From Candidatus Collierbacteria bacterium (GTDB taxonomy: Bacteria > Patescibacteriota > Microgenomatia > UBA1400 > JACPES01): a DNA stretch of 64,000 nucleotides. The stretch is from the NCBI GenBank assembly GCA_016183365.1, contig JACPES010000003.1, positions 345,154 to 409,153 of the forward strand, in the 5' to 3' direction. Within the stretch, counting starts at the first letter, position 1. Each line of letters begins with the position of its first letter. A program made the translations under genes and the position numbers. Below the pieces are notes generated by a model. The model made no database searches. It worked only from the letters and a program-made list of their open reading frames with translations, and was not told the origin of the DNA. Positions 25,517 to 34,579 of the stretch are shown one piece after another.

Positions 25517-26491
25517 ATGAAAAATAAGCGAATTTTAATTACAGGCGGGTTGGGATTTATCGGCAGCACTTTGGCAATCGCGGAAATTCGCCGGGGAAAT
25601 AAGGCGACAGTCGTGGACGCGCTTTTGCCTGATTATGGCGGCAATAGATTTAATATTAAAGAGATTGACAAAGAAATAGAAATAGAGATTGGAGACGTCA
25701 GAAATAAAAAACTGATTGATAAATTGGTAAAAAGGAAGGATGTTATTTACAGTTTGGCCGGGACTCTGTCGCACGTTGATTCAATGGCTGATCCGTTTAC
25801 CGATTTGGAGATAAATTGTGTTAGCCAATTAACTTTGCTTGAGGCCTGCAGAAAGTTTAACCCTCAAGCGAAGTTATTATTTGCCGGAACGCGTAACCAA
25901 TATGGCCGGGCCAAGTATTTACCAGTGGATGAGAATCATCCGATGGAACCGGTGGATGTCAATGGGATAAATAATATCGCCGCGGAGTGGTATTACCGGT
26001 TGTATCACAATATTCATGGTTTAAGGACTTGTTCATTGCGGTTAACCAATACTTATGGTCCCAGGCATCAAATGAAACATCCCCGTCAGGGAGTTTTAAA
26101 TTGGTTTATCAGGCAATTGCTGGATGGAAAAACCGTCGAGCTTTTCGGCGATGGTAGTCAGATTCGGGATATAAATTTTGTTGACGACGTAGTGGCGGCT
26201 TTTATATTAGCTGCAGATAGCCCTAAATCAGATGGAGAAGTTTTTAATTTGGGTGGGGATGCGATTTCATTGAAAACTTTTGTCAAAGCGGCGATTAAGG
26301 TTTTTGAGCAGGGAAATTTTAAAACAGTTCTGTTTCCTTTGGAAAGAAAATCAATTGAAGTCGGAGATTATATCGCCGATCGATCGAAAATTAAGGACGC
26401 ATTGGGTTGGGCGCCGACAGTAAGTTTTGAATCCGGGCTTAAAAAAACCTTTGATTATTACCTTAAATACAAAAAATATTATTGGCAATAA
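25517..26491 (+). CDS. NAD-dependent epimerase/dehydratase (SDR; UDP-glucuronate decarboxylase/dTDP-glucose 4,6-dehydratase-like)
   Basis: ILITGGLGFIGSTL; extended SDR length 324 aa. Confidence 0.7.
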   Translation: MKNKRILITGGLGFIGSTLAIAEIRRGNKATVVDALLPDYGGNRFNIKEIDKEIEIEIGDVRNKKLIDKLVKRKDVIYSLAGTLSHVDSMADPFTDLEINCVSQLTLLEACRKFNPQAKLLFAGTRNQYGRAKYLPVDENHPMEPVDVNGINNIAAEWYYRLYHNIHGLRTCSLRLTNTYGPRHQMKHPRQGVLNWFIRQLLDGKTVELFGDGSQIRDINFVDDVVAAFILAADSPKSDGEVFNLGGDAISLKTFVKAAIKVFEQGNFKTVLFPLERKSIEVGDYIADRSKIKDALGWAPTVSFESGLKKTFDYYLKYKKYYWQ

Positions 26492-26492
26492 A

Positions 26493-27593
26493 ATGATTTT
26501 CACCCTAAATCCAAAAACGCTATTTTTAAATTACAGGCCGGAAATCATCGAAGCTATCGAAAAAGTAATTGATAGCGGAGTTTATTTGATGGGGGAAGAA
26601 CTGGCAGGGTTCGAGAAAGAGTTTGCCGGCTTTTTGGGTGTCAAAAGTGTTATCGGAGTGGGGTCGGGCACAGACGCCATAACTTTGTCCCTTAAGGCTT
26701 TGGGGATTCAAAGCCACGAGGATGTGATTGTTCCGGCCAATGCTTACCCGACTGTTTTCGGGGTAGCCGCCAGCAGGGCTCACGCCAGGCTGTGCGATGT
26801 GGAGGAAGACACTTTGTCCGTATCCGTCAGAACCATTGAACCGGTTCTAACTACCAAAACCAGAGCTATTGTGGTGGTTCATCTTTATGGAATGCCGGTC
26901 GTGATGGATGAAATCATCAGTTTGGCAAAAAGGCTTAATATTTGCGTTATCGAGGATTGCGCCCAAGCGGTCGGAGCTAAAATCGGCAACCGTTATGTCG
27001 GAACTTTCGGCGACATCGCTTGTTTTAGTTTTTACCCGACTAAGAATTTATCCACTATGGGCGATGGCGGAGCGGTGGCTACCAATAACGTCCAAATCGC
27101 CGATAGGATTAGAAGATTAAGGATGTATGGAGAAGACGTCAGATACCACTCGCTGGAACCCTCTACTCATAGCAGGTTGGAAGAAATTCAAGCCGCTATC
27201 TTGAGGATTAAACTTTTAAATTTGAAAGACGATTTAAAAGAAAGACAAGCAATGGGAGGAAAATATCGCATGGTCCTAAACTCTGTTAATTTAATTCCGG
27301 ATATATTACCTAAAAATATAACTCATGGTTATCATTTATTTGTAGTCAAGTCGCAAAACCGGGATCGTTTAAAAGAAAAATTAGAGGCTGCCGGTTTTAT
27401 GTCTTTAATTCATTATCCCCAGCCGATTCATTTTCAGCCGGCATTTCAAAGAATAGGAAATGTAACGTATACGACAAGGCATTTTCCGGTATCGGAAAAT
27501 GCATCCCGACAGATTTTATCTTTGCCATTTTATCCCGGATTGCCGATTGAATCACAGGAGAAGATTTTAGAAACGGTAAATCTATGGATATAA
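26493..27593 (+). CDS. DegT/DnrJ/EryC1/StrS-family PLP-dependent sugar aminotransferase
   Basis: Fold-type I sugar aminotransferase pattern (GVGSGTDAITLSLKALGI...FSFYPTKNLSTMGDGGAV); ATG at 26493 directly after upstream stop. Confidence 0.75.
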   Translation: MIFTLNPKTLFLNYRPEIIEAIEKVIDSGVYLMGEELAGFEKEFAGFLGVKSVIGVGSGTDAITLSLKALGIQSHEDVIVPANAYPTVFGVAASRAHARLCDVEEDTLSVSVRTIEPVLTTKTRAIVVVHLYGMPVVMDEIISLAKRLNICVIEDCAQAVGAKIGNRYVGTFGDIACFSFYPTKNLSTMGDGGAVATNNVQIADRIRRLRMYGEDVRYHSLEPSTHSRLEEIQAAILRIKLLNLKDDLKERQAMGGKYRMVLNSVNLIPDILPKNITHGYHLFVVKSQNRDRLKEKLEAAGFMSLIHYPQPIHFQPAFQRIGNVTYTTRHFPVSENASRQILSLPFYPGLPIESQEKILETVNLWI

Positions 27594-28333
27594 ATGAATA
27601 TTATCGTTTGGCCAAAGTTGAAGATAACCACTGGTGGTATCGGTCGGTTCATAGGTTAGTGATTGATGAAATAAAAAAAGGCCCAGTCCCGACTAGGTCA
27701 AGGCCAGGCCTTAAAATGCCCATGATACTCGACGTCGGCTGCGGCACCGGCGGTTTAACCGAAAAACTGGCCAGCTTCGGACTTACAGTGGGAGTTGATA
27801 TATCAAATTTGGCGTTGGGATTGAAGCAGCACTCAAAAGCTGAATACATCAACGGGTCGGTAAATAATCTACCGTTTTCCGATAATAGTTTTGATCTTGT
27901 AACCTGTATCAGCGTCTTTTACCATCGTAGGGTTATAGATTCAAAAGCCGCGTCCGAAATATTTAGAGTCCTTGAGAATGATAGTCGAGCCATATTGATA
28001 ATGCCGGCATTCAAATGGGCATTTGGGAGCCATGATGAATCTGTTCACGCGGCCAGAAGATACAGTATGTCCGAAGCTACAGCGTTATGGAAAAATATTG
28101 GTTTCACTGTAATCGCAACCCGTTACATTTTCGGTACGTTGTTTCCGGAATTCGTGATCAAACGGTTGTTGGATAAAATAGGATTGACTGGGAGAAGAGT
28201 CTCAGATTTGACAGAGCTTCCCGGTTGGCTAAACGGAGTTTTTGGACTAGTCTGCCGATTTGAAAATTGGCTTTCAAAATGGGTCCGGTCTCCATTTGGA
28301 AGTTCTTTATATATAGTTGTCGAAAAACCATGA
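27584..28333 (+). CDS. Class I SAM-dependent methyltransferase
   Basis: ILDVGCGTGGLTEKLA motif I; FDLVTCISVFYH. Confidence 0.65.
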   Translation: MDINEYYRLAKVEDNHWWYRSVHRLVIDEIKKGPVPTRSRPGLKMPMILDVGCGTGGLTEKLASFGLTVGVDISNLALGLKQHSKAEYINGSVNNLPFSDNSFDLVTCISVFYHRRVIDSKAASEIFRVLENDSRAILIMPAFKWAFGSHDESVHAARRYSMSEATALWKNIGFTVIATRYIFGTLFPEFVIKRLLDKIGLTGRRVSDLTELPGWLNGVFGLVCRFENWLSKWVRSPFGSSLYIVVEKP

Positions 28334-28337
28334 ATTT

Positions 28338-28407
28338 CATTGTCATTTCGGCCGTAGAGCCGGAATCTATATCTGTATAGATTTCCGCTTTCGCGGGAAT
28401 GACAATG
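28338..28407. repeat. Intergenic MITE-like palindromic element type 2 (cattgtcattt ... ggaatgacaatg; internal ttccgctttcgcgggaa hairpin)
   Basis: 12-nt terminal inverted repeats, internal sub-hairpins. Confidence 0.7.
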
Positions 28408-28425
28408 GGTATTATCAGAAAGAAA

Positions 28426-29097
28426 ATGAATTTAAAAAATATTTTATTTACTACCCTGAGAAGAAGATTGATAGATGACGATTTGCTTGCCTGGCAACAT
28501 TTATTAAGTGGAAAAGTTTTGGATTTAGGTGGAGGTCGGACGCGGGGGAAATTTCCTCACGGCCGGGAATTAGATTGGACGGTTTTGGATATTGATTTTG
28601 AATTTAAACCGGCGGTAGTTGGCGACGCCCAAATCTTGCCGTTTGCTAACAATTCTTTTGATTCGGTGAAATGCAGCGAGTTGACCGGCTATTTATTTGA
28701 ACCGTTGAAAATGTTGCATGAAGTTAAGAGAGTTTTAAAGCCAAAAGGTGCGGCCGTGTTTACTTCACCATTTTTGACCCCGTTTGATTTTGATCAGCAT
28801 GACAGCACTAGGTTGACTAGCGCGTGGTGGATTTGGGCAGCCGGACGGGCGGGATTTAAAGTCGAAAAAATTAAACCGCAAGGATACATGATGACGGTTT
28901 TGGCCGACGCTGAAAAATATTGGATTAGCCACTGGTGGGGGCCATTTAGGGTATTCGGGTACTTAATAATGATTCCGGTTTATGAATTGTTATTTTGGTG
29001 GGAGCAGCATCTTCCGGTTCCCGATTACTTTAAACGCTTCACTACCGGATTTTTGATTATCTTGAAAAAGAATCAGGCTAAAATTCCAATTAATTAA
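28426..29097 (+). CDS. SAM-dependent methyltransferase (type 11-like)
   Basis: VLDLGGG...FDSVKCSEL...LKPKGAAVF; ORF-track start 28399 lies inside the palindromic element, ATG 28426 preferred. Confidence 0.55.
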   Translation: MNLKNILFTTLRRRLIDDDLLAWQHLLSGKVLDLGGGRTRGKFPHGRELDWTVLDIDFEFKPAVVGDAQILPFANNSFDSVKCSELTGYLFEPLKMLHEVKRVLKPKGAAVFTSPFLTPFDFDQHDSTRLTSAWWIWAAGRAGFKVEKIKPQGYMMTVLADAEKYWISHWWGPFRVFGYLIMIPVYELLFWWEQHLPVPDYFKRFTTGFLIILKKNQAKIPIN

Positions 29098-29122
29098 TTG
29101 ATTAATTAATTGAAAAACTTCG

Positions 29123-30286
29123 ATGAAAAAAGTAGTTTATTTATTTCCGACTAACAGGCAGAAACTGCTGGAAGAAGTCGAGTATGGTATTGCTCCCGAT
29201 AATAATTTATATGGGCTTAATCATTTACAAAAGTTTTTTCAGGTTGACACGTTCGACGGCGCCCAAGTCTCTCTCAATGTCAACCCTAAGCAAACACCGG
29301 TTGTCAGGCAAGAGAGTCGATGGGTTGGTCAAGAGAAGATTAACGTCAAACTTGAAAGAGTTTTAAATCTTCTGTTTTTGCCGTTGGTTTGGTTCTTCAA
29401 TTCACGCTACACCAAACTCAATTTAGGCAGGGTGATATTGGTTTTGCCGCGTTTGTGGCGGGCTGACGCGGTAATTACCTGTGTTGATTCGATTAACAAA
29501 GCGGTGGCCATACTAAAGAAGCTTAATCTTTTTTTTGCCCCACTTATTTGTATGGAAGGGAATGTGATGGATGAAACCGAAAAATTTCCCCGACTGCATC
29601 AATGGTTGTGGTCTGGGGTGGATCAGATTATTACTCATGCGCCGGTGGATCAGGAAAAATTGGTACGTTTGGGATTAGGAGATAGGGGGGTAACAATTCC
29701 GGTAGGATCGGACGGTGATTTTTGGCATACATCTGGATTGCCGCGTCGCTACGCTCCTCGCAATGACGGTCAAACCTTAGTGGTGTCGGTGGGGGCGGAT
29801 AGGGATAGGGATTATCAGACTTTGTTTTTGGCGGCATCACAGCTTAAACAATTAAAATTTTTAGTGTGTTGCGGACAAAAGAGCGTTGAGAGTTTGGAAA
29901 TTCCCGAAAATGTTGAAGTCAGAATTAATGTTTCAGCCTTAGAAACAAGAGAAATATTGTCTAAAGCGGGAATGGTAGTCTTGCCATTACAGGAAACATT
30001 TCGGGCCAGCGGGCAGTTGGCGTTGTTGGACGCGATGCTGATGGAGAAACCGATGATTGTCAGCAAAACCAGAGGCGTGGTTGAGGCGTATGGCTTGGTG
30101 AATATGAATCAAGTAGTGTTGGTGCCGCCGGGAGATGTTAAAAGTCTGGCACAAGCTATTGAACAATTGAAAAGTAACAAAAATTTGAGATGTAGATTGG
30201 GAGTTGCCGGGAAGAAGTTGGCAGTTGGGTATACTACAAAGAAATATGCCGAGAAACTCAAAAAGGTCATTCTCGCCTCAAGTTGA
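29123..30286 (+). CDS. GT-B fold glycosyltransferase (GT4-like)
   Basis: C-terminal QLALLDAMLMEKPMIVSKTRG resembling GT4 E-x7-E region; carries half copy of type-1 palindromic element. Confidence 0.55.
   Translation: MKKVVYLFPTNRQKLLEEVEYGIAPDNNLYGLNHLQKFFQVDTFDGAQVSLNVNPKQTPVVRQESRWVGQEKINVKLERVLNLLFLPLVWFFNSRYTKLNLGRVILVLPRLWRADAVITCVDSINKAVAILKKLNLFFAPLICMEGNVMDETEKFPRLHQWLWSGVDQIITHAPVDQEKLVRLGLGDRGVTIPVGSDGDFWHTSGLPRRYAPRNDGQTLVVSVGADRDRDYQTLFLAASQLKQLKFLVCCGQKSVESLEIPENVEVRINVSALETREILSKAGMVVLPLQETFRASGQLALLDAMLMEKPMIVSKTRGVVEAYGLVNMNQVVLVPPGDVKSLAQAIEQLKSNKNLRCRLGVAGKKLAVGYTTKKYAEKLKKVILASS
29736..29767. repeat. Solo right half of type-1 element (gattgccgcgtcgctacgctcctcgcaatgac) inside GT-B CDS
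   Basis: ~29/33 identity to right half of 1980-2061 copy; no left arm. Confidence 0.55.
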
Positions 30287-30305
30287 TGATCCCAATTATT
30301 TGACA

Positions 30306-30902
30306 ATGTCGTATCTGTCGCGAGAGCGATGGATAAGTTTTTGGTATCAACTGATGGAGGTAACGGAAACAAAACCGGAGTCGGTATTGGAAATCGGACC
30401 TGGGCCGGGAATTGTGATTAGGGCGATTAGGGATTTTGGAGTATTTGGGGTAACGGCAGATGTTGATTTTAGGTTGCGGCCGACGGTGGGAACGGATATT
30501 ACCAAATTGCCGTTTGTGGACAAAGCTTTTGATTGTGTTTTGGCCGCCGAGGTATTGGAACATATTCCGTTTGCTGAAGTTCCTAAAGCCTTGACCGAAA
30601 TATCCAGAGTCTGCCGGAAATCGATGGTTATCACCCTGCCGCATTTTTCGCAATTTTCGCCATCTTTTGCTCTAAAATTTTTTCCATATGTTCCACGCTT
30701 ACAAAAAGCGTTTCCGATTTCTATTTTTCCGCCTAAACATCGATTTGACGGCCAACATTATTGGGAGATTGGAAAAAGAGGGTATCCGATTAGCCGGATA
30801 CGAAATTTGCTGGCAGAAAATACAGGTTTTAGATTGATTAAAGATTATCTGATTGAAGAAAACCCATTTCATCATATGTTTGTATTAAAAAAGAATCAAT
30901 GA
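30306..30902 (+). CDS. Class I SAM-dependent methyltransferase
   Basis: VLEIGPGPGIV motif I; FDCVLAAEVLEHI; ATG 30306 chosen over overlapping TTG 30204. Confidence 0.55.
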   Translation: MSYLSRERWISFWYQLMEVTETKPESVLEIGPGPGIVIRAIRDFGVFGVTADVDFRLRPTVGTDITKLPFVDKAFDCVLAAEVLEHIPFAEVPKALTEISRVCRKSMVITLPHFSQFSPSFALKFFPYVPRLQKAFPISIFPPKHRFDGQHYWEIGKRGYPISRIRNLLAENTGFRLIKDYLIEENPFHHMFVLKKNQ

Positions 30903-32134
30903 AACGAATATTAATGTTGACCGATCTTTCAAGTGAAGATTTTACAGCCGGGGATTTTGCCGGGTTAAGCCTGAGGATTTGGTCAATCGCCCGGATTTTA
31001 TGTCAAGCGGTTGAGGTTACCATCGCGACCAAGTCGGGTCAAAATGGAATTGACAAAAATGGAATTAAGTTGATAAAGCTCCCGCGGAGAATTAACTGGA
31101 AGAAACTATGCGACAACTATGATTATGTATATATTCTCCAGAGCAGTCTGTTTCAATCAATTGGTTTTCGATACGCAATTAGCAAAATTAGTAAAAGTAA
31201 ACAGACCATTGTTGATTGCTATACGCCGCTTCTATTTGAAAAATTGACATATATCGATAAATCTCCGGATCAGGACGGAAGAATTTCTGAAGCAACAGAA
31301 ACCATCAGGACCATTTTGTCTACCGGCAGCATTTTTTTGTGCGCCACCGAGCCCCAGATTGATTATTTAAGAGGATATTTGACCCATTGCGGAAATTTTA
31401 ACCCGCCGGTATTTCCGATCAGGACCATGGAAAAATTTGTCCGGGTCAAAAAGAGCAATTGGAATAAAGAATTACTTTGGTTCGGAGGTGTTTATCCATG
31501 GATGGATATTAACCCGGTAATCAGGGCTATATTGAAGTTAAAAACAACAATGCCGGAACTGAATTTTACTGTTTTAGGGCCGAAATTCAGGCAGACGTTG
31601 GGATTCGAGACCGACTGGGAAAATATTTGGTTGAGCTTAAAACAGACCGAGCGAAATAGCTTAAGAGTAATTGATTGGGTTCCGTTTAATCGTTTAAATC
31701 AAGTATTAATTAATTTCAGTTTGGCTGTCAATTGGGCCAAAAGAACTCCCGAAGACCGCTTAGCATACCGGAGCCGTCTTGTTTCTTTGCTATGGCGGGG
31801 AATTCCGCTAGTGACTAACGGGGAAGATGAGATATCAGCACTAGCCGTCAGATTCGGCGCGGCGGTAAAACTTGACATCGAAGCGCAGTTAGCGCCAGCG
31901 ATTAATAAATTGATTAAAAATCAGACCCTGCTTAAAAAAATGTCCGAGAATGCCGGTAAATTGATGGATTTCTTAAAAGCCGAAAACATCAGAACGGAAA
32001 AAGAATTGTTGTCGGTTATTAATTCAATAGATGCTGTTCCTCAAACTTCCTTTTATCCACGTTTACGGGATAAGTTAAAAAGCCGACTTTATAAATCTAA
32101 ATTTTTTTGGGAGGAGGCAGGTGGTAAATTCTGA
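30899..32134 (+). CDS. Probable GT-B fold glycosyltransferase (divergent)
   Basis: Two-Rossmann-like organisation, LLWFGGVYPWMD start of C-domain; weak motif support. Confidence 0.4.
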   Translation: MKRILMLTDLSSEDFTAGDFAGLSLRIWSIARILCQAVEVTIATKSGQNGIDKNGIKLIKLPRRINWKKLCDNYDYVYILQSSLFQSIGFRYAISKISKSKQTIVDCYTPLLFEKLTYIDKSPDQDGRISEATETIRTILSTGSIFLCATEPQIDYLRGYLTHCGNFNPPVFPIRTMEKFVRVKKSNWNKELLWFGGVYPWMDINPVIRAILKLKTTMPELNFTVLGPKFRQTLGFETDWENIWLSLKQTERNSLRVIDWVPFNRLNQVLINFSLAVNWAKRTPEDRLAYRSRLVSLLWRGIPLVTNGEDEISALAVRFGAAVKLDIEAQLAPAINKLIKNQTLLKKMSENAGKLMDFLKAENIRTEKELLSVINSIDAVPQTSFYPRLRDKLKSRLYKSKFFWEEAGGKF

Positions 32135-32819
32135 ATATACCGGGGAGAGGTGGATTCCGGAATTGGCGCCGGAAAATGTCAGCCGGGATCACTTAACCAG
32201 ATATCGTTACGCCAAAAAACGAATTGTGGGAGATTGTGTCTTAGACGTGGCGTGCGGGGTGGGTTTCGGGATGAAAATTTTGTCTCTACCTGGTAAAAAA
32301 ATAGTGGGAATTGACAGTTCTTGGGAAGCGGTTAAACTTGGCCGCGACCGGTATTTATCTGAACGCCAATCAATGATTCAGGCCGACGCCCATTCTTTGC
32401 CGTTTCAATCTGATACATTTAGCACCGTGATTTCATTTGAGACCATTGAGCATTTGCGTCAGCCCGATTACTTGTTGAAGGAAATAAGGCGAACTTTAAT
32501 TCGCGGCGGCCGACTGATTATTTCAACACCGGTCAGGAAACAACGCCAACTTGATCAGTTTCATTTGCGTGAGTTTACGGTTCCCGAATTCATCCGGTTA
32601 GTTTCAAAGTATTTCGCCGTAGAAGAAGTTAAAGGACAGCGATTGATGTTGGCTCCGTGGTTCTGGTTTTTTTCTCTGCCGTGGGTTGATCGACTGAAAA
32701 GGGCGAGTATGATCAAGAATCTCTTTCGACGCCTCTATGGGCGGGATGCAATTTCGCCGCTGCCAAGGTTTCCATTCTGTATTCCAAACTTTATTGTTGT
32801 CATCGCCAGAAAAGAATGA
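32121..32819 (+). CDS. Class I SAM-dependent methyltransferase
   Basis: VLDVACGVGFGMKIL motif I; FSTVISFETIEHL. Confidence 0.6.
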   Translation: MVNSEYTGERWIPELAPENVSRDHLTRYRYAKKRIVGDCVLDVACGVGFGMKILSLPGKKIVGIDSSWEAVKLGRDRYLSERQSMIQADAHSLPFQSDTFSTVISFETIEHLRQPDYLLKEIRRTLIRGGRLIISTPVRKQRQLDQFHLREFTVPEFIRLVSKYFAVEEVKGQRLMLAPWFWFFSLPWVDRLKRASMIKNLFRRLYGRDAISPLPRFPFCIPNFIVVIARKE

Positions 32820-34579
32820 AAAACAAATTTATAGTGGCTATTATTGCAGTCGGTATTAGCTTGTTGTTTGGCTTGCCTCACCTATTGATTCCCATGGATT
32901 TGAAGGCGAAAAATGAAAGTTACTTTCCCTTAGATGGTGGAATGGGCTCTCAATCAGCGATTACGATGGAAGAGGTGTATACGTATGTTCCAGAGGTTCA
33001 AGAAATTCTGGAAGGACGATGGATTGTCCATGACACGCAACTTGTGGAATATAAATCCGCGCCATCACCATTTATTGGCGAAACAGCACCAGCGTATCTG
33101 ATGGCCGCTCTCTCGATAGTTAGCGGTTCAGTTGCCAATGCATTTCTCTTGGCCGATTTTTTGTTTCCGCCTCTCACATTTTTACTCGTTTATTTTTTGG
33201 GGAAACAACTAAGTCTTTCGCACCATTTGGCCCTTGTAACATCGTTAACAATGCTGGTGGCTACAGATCTCATTTCGCTTGTTCCTTATCCGAAGCCAGT
33301 ATGGGATATGCTCATAGACCTTTTGAGAAAAGACGATTTTCTATTTTTCTCGAGGAATTTTCATCCGCAAATATCGTTTCCTTTGCTTGTTTTGACTGTA
33401 CTGTTTATCATAAGGGCGCTAAAGAATTTAAAGCCGAAAGAAGCAATTATCGCCGGTGTTGCCGTAGGATTTCAATTTTATACGTACTTATTTAATTGGA
33501 CTGCGCTTGCCCTGTCTTTGATGCTGATCAGTACTTGGACGCTTCTGACGAATAGGCTGTCCTTGTTGAGACAGCTGATTATTGTGGGAGTCTCGGCGCT
33601 AATTATTGGGTTTCCGTATTTTATGACAATGTCTCAATTTCGCGCCCTTCCGAGCGCCGCTAATTTTTTTGAGAAATCATCGCTTCCTCCACGAACCTTT
33701 CTGCCCATAACTGCGAGATTCATCTTATTAATTGTGGCATCGCTTATTATTATTCGAAAAAAGTCTTTGGCGTTAATCATAATAAGCGCTCTCGTTGTGT
33801 CGCCTATTTTGTTAACAGAAATAGCAGTTCTTATACTCGGACAGGATTTGGAAGGGAAACATTGGATCCGGCGCGTTATTATGCCATTCTCAATTTTAAT
33901 CGCAGCGAGTGTATTACAAGCAATCCGTGAGGAATTCGCCGGGCGATATAAAAGGAAAACGCTCGATAAATTTTTTCAATTGGGATACGGCATTGTTATC
34001 ATCCTTGTTCTTCAGTATGGATTACGAGTTCAAATTGCCGCTAGTAAACGATATGCCCCTTCTTATACGGTGGTGCCGGAAAAACAACAAGTAATTAATT
34101 GGATTACTGATCATGTTGGTCGCGACGAAACGATTGCCTCATTAGACACAGGTTTTATAGCGGAAATACCAGCGTTTTCTCAAGCAAACAATGCCATCCC
34201 TATCACGATTCGAAGTGTGGCGTCAACAGATGAATCCCTGGATAGATTTTTGCGAATTGCTGCCATTTACAGAGTCTCTTCCGAAGCGGTAGCAGATTTA
34301 CTTACGCAGGAAGGTTTCATTTCTCGCGTTTTTTACTTCACCGCGATTGATGAGGGTAGAGTGTTTCATTTGCCTCCTCGACACTTGGAGTTAATCTTGT
34401 TACAATACCGAAATATTTTGGAAAATGAAAATGTTTCCACGTTTCCCTATCAATTGGATTATTTAATAGTCGGTCCACTGGAAAGAAAAGTAATGAATAC
34501 TGATTTCAGCGATAGTTTTCATTTCCGAACTGTATTTCGTAACGGTCGTTATCAACTTCTTCGGGTTAATGATGAATAA
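32816..34579 (+). CDS. Large polytopic membrane protein with C-terminal soluble domain (GT-C-like; paralog of 37722..39647)
   Basis: 587 aa; clear paralogy with 37722 gene (…SVANAFLLADFLFPPLTFLLVYFL vs …SLENAFMFGNAIFPPITFLLVFIL). Confidence 0.4.
   Translation: MKNKFIVAIIAVGISLLFGLPHLLIPMDLKAKNESYFPLDGGMGSQSAITMEEVYTYVPEVQEILEGRWIVHDTQLVEYKSAPSPFIGETAPAYLMAALSIVSGSVANAFLLADFLFPPLTFLLVYFLGKQLSLSHHLALVTSLTMLVATDLISLVPYPKPVWDMLIDLLRKDDFLFFSRNFHPQISFPLLVLTVLFIIRALKNLKPKEAIIAGVAVGFQFYTYLFNWTALALSLMLISTWTLLTNRLSLLRQLIIVGVSALIIGFPYFMTMSQFRALPSAANFFEKSSLPPRTFLPITARFILLIVASLIIIRKKSLALIIISALVVSPILLTEIAVLILGQDLEGKHWIRRVIMPFSILIAASVLQAIREEFAGRYKRKTLDKFFQLGYGIVIILVLQYGLRVQIAASKRYAPSYTVVPEKQQVINWITDHVGRDETIASLDTGFIAEIPAFSQANNAIPITIRSVASTDESLDRFLRIAAIYRVSSEAVADLLTQEGFISRVFYFTAIDEGRVFHLPPRHLELILLQYRNILENENVSTFPYQLDYLIVGPLERKVMNTDFSDSFHFRTVFRNGRYQLLRVNDE

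Noticed and set aside
28399-28425. ORF-track start ATG 28399 (MTMGIIRKK...)
   Set aside because: The ATG is the ...gaATGacaatg terminal repeat of the palindromic element. The downstream ATG 28426 (MNLKNILF) is preferred.
30204-30305. Upstream TTG start of the 30204..30902 ORF overlapping the preceding GT gene by 83 nt
   Set aside because: Overlap far exceeds the 1-20 nt couplings seen elsewhere in the island. The ATG at 30306 gives a normal-length methyltransferase N-terminus.
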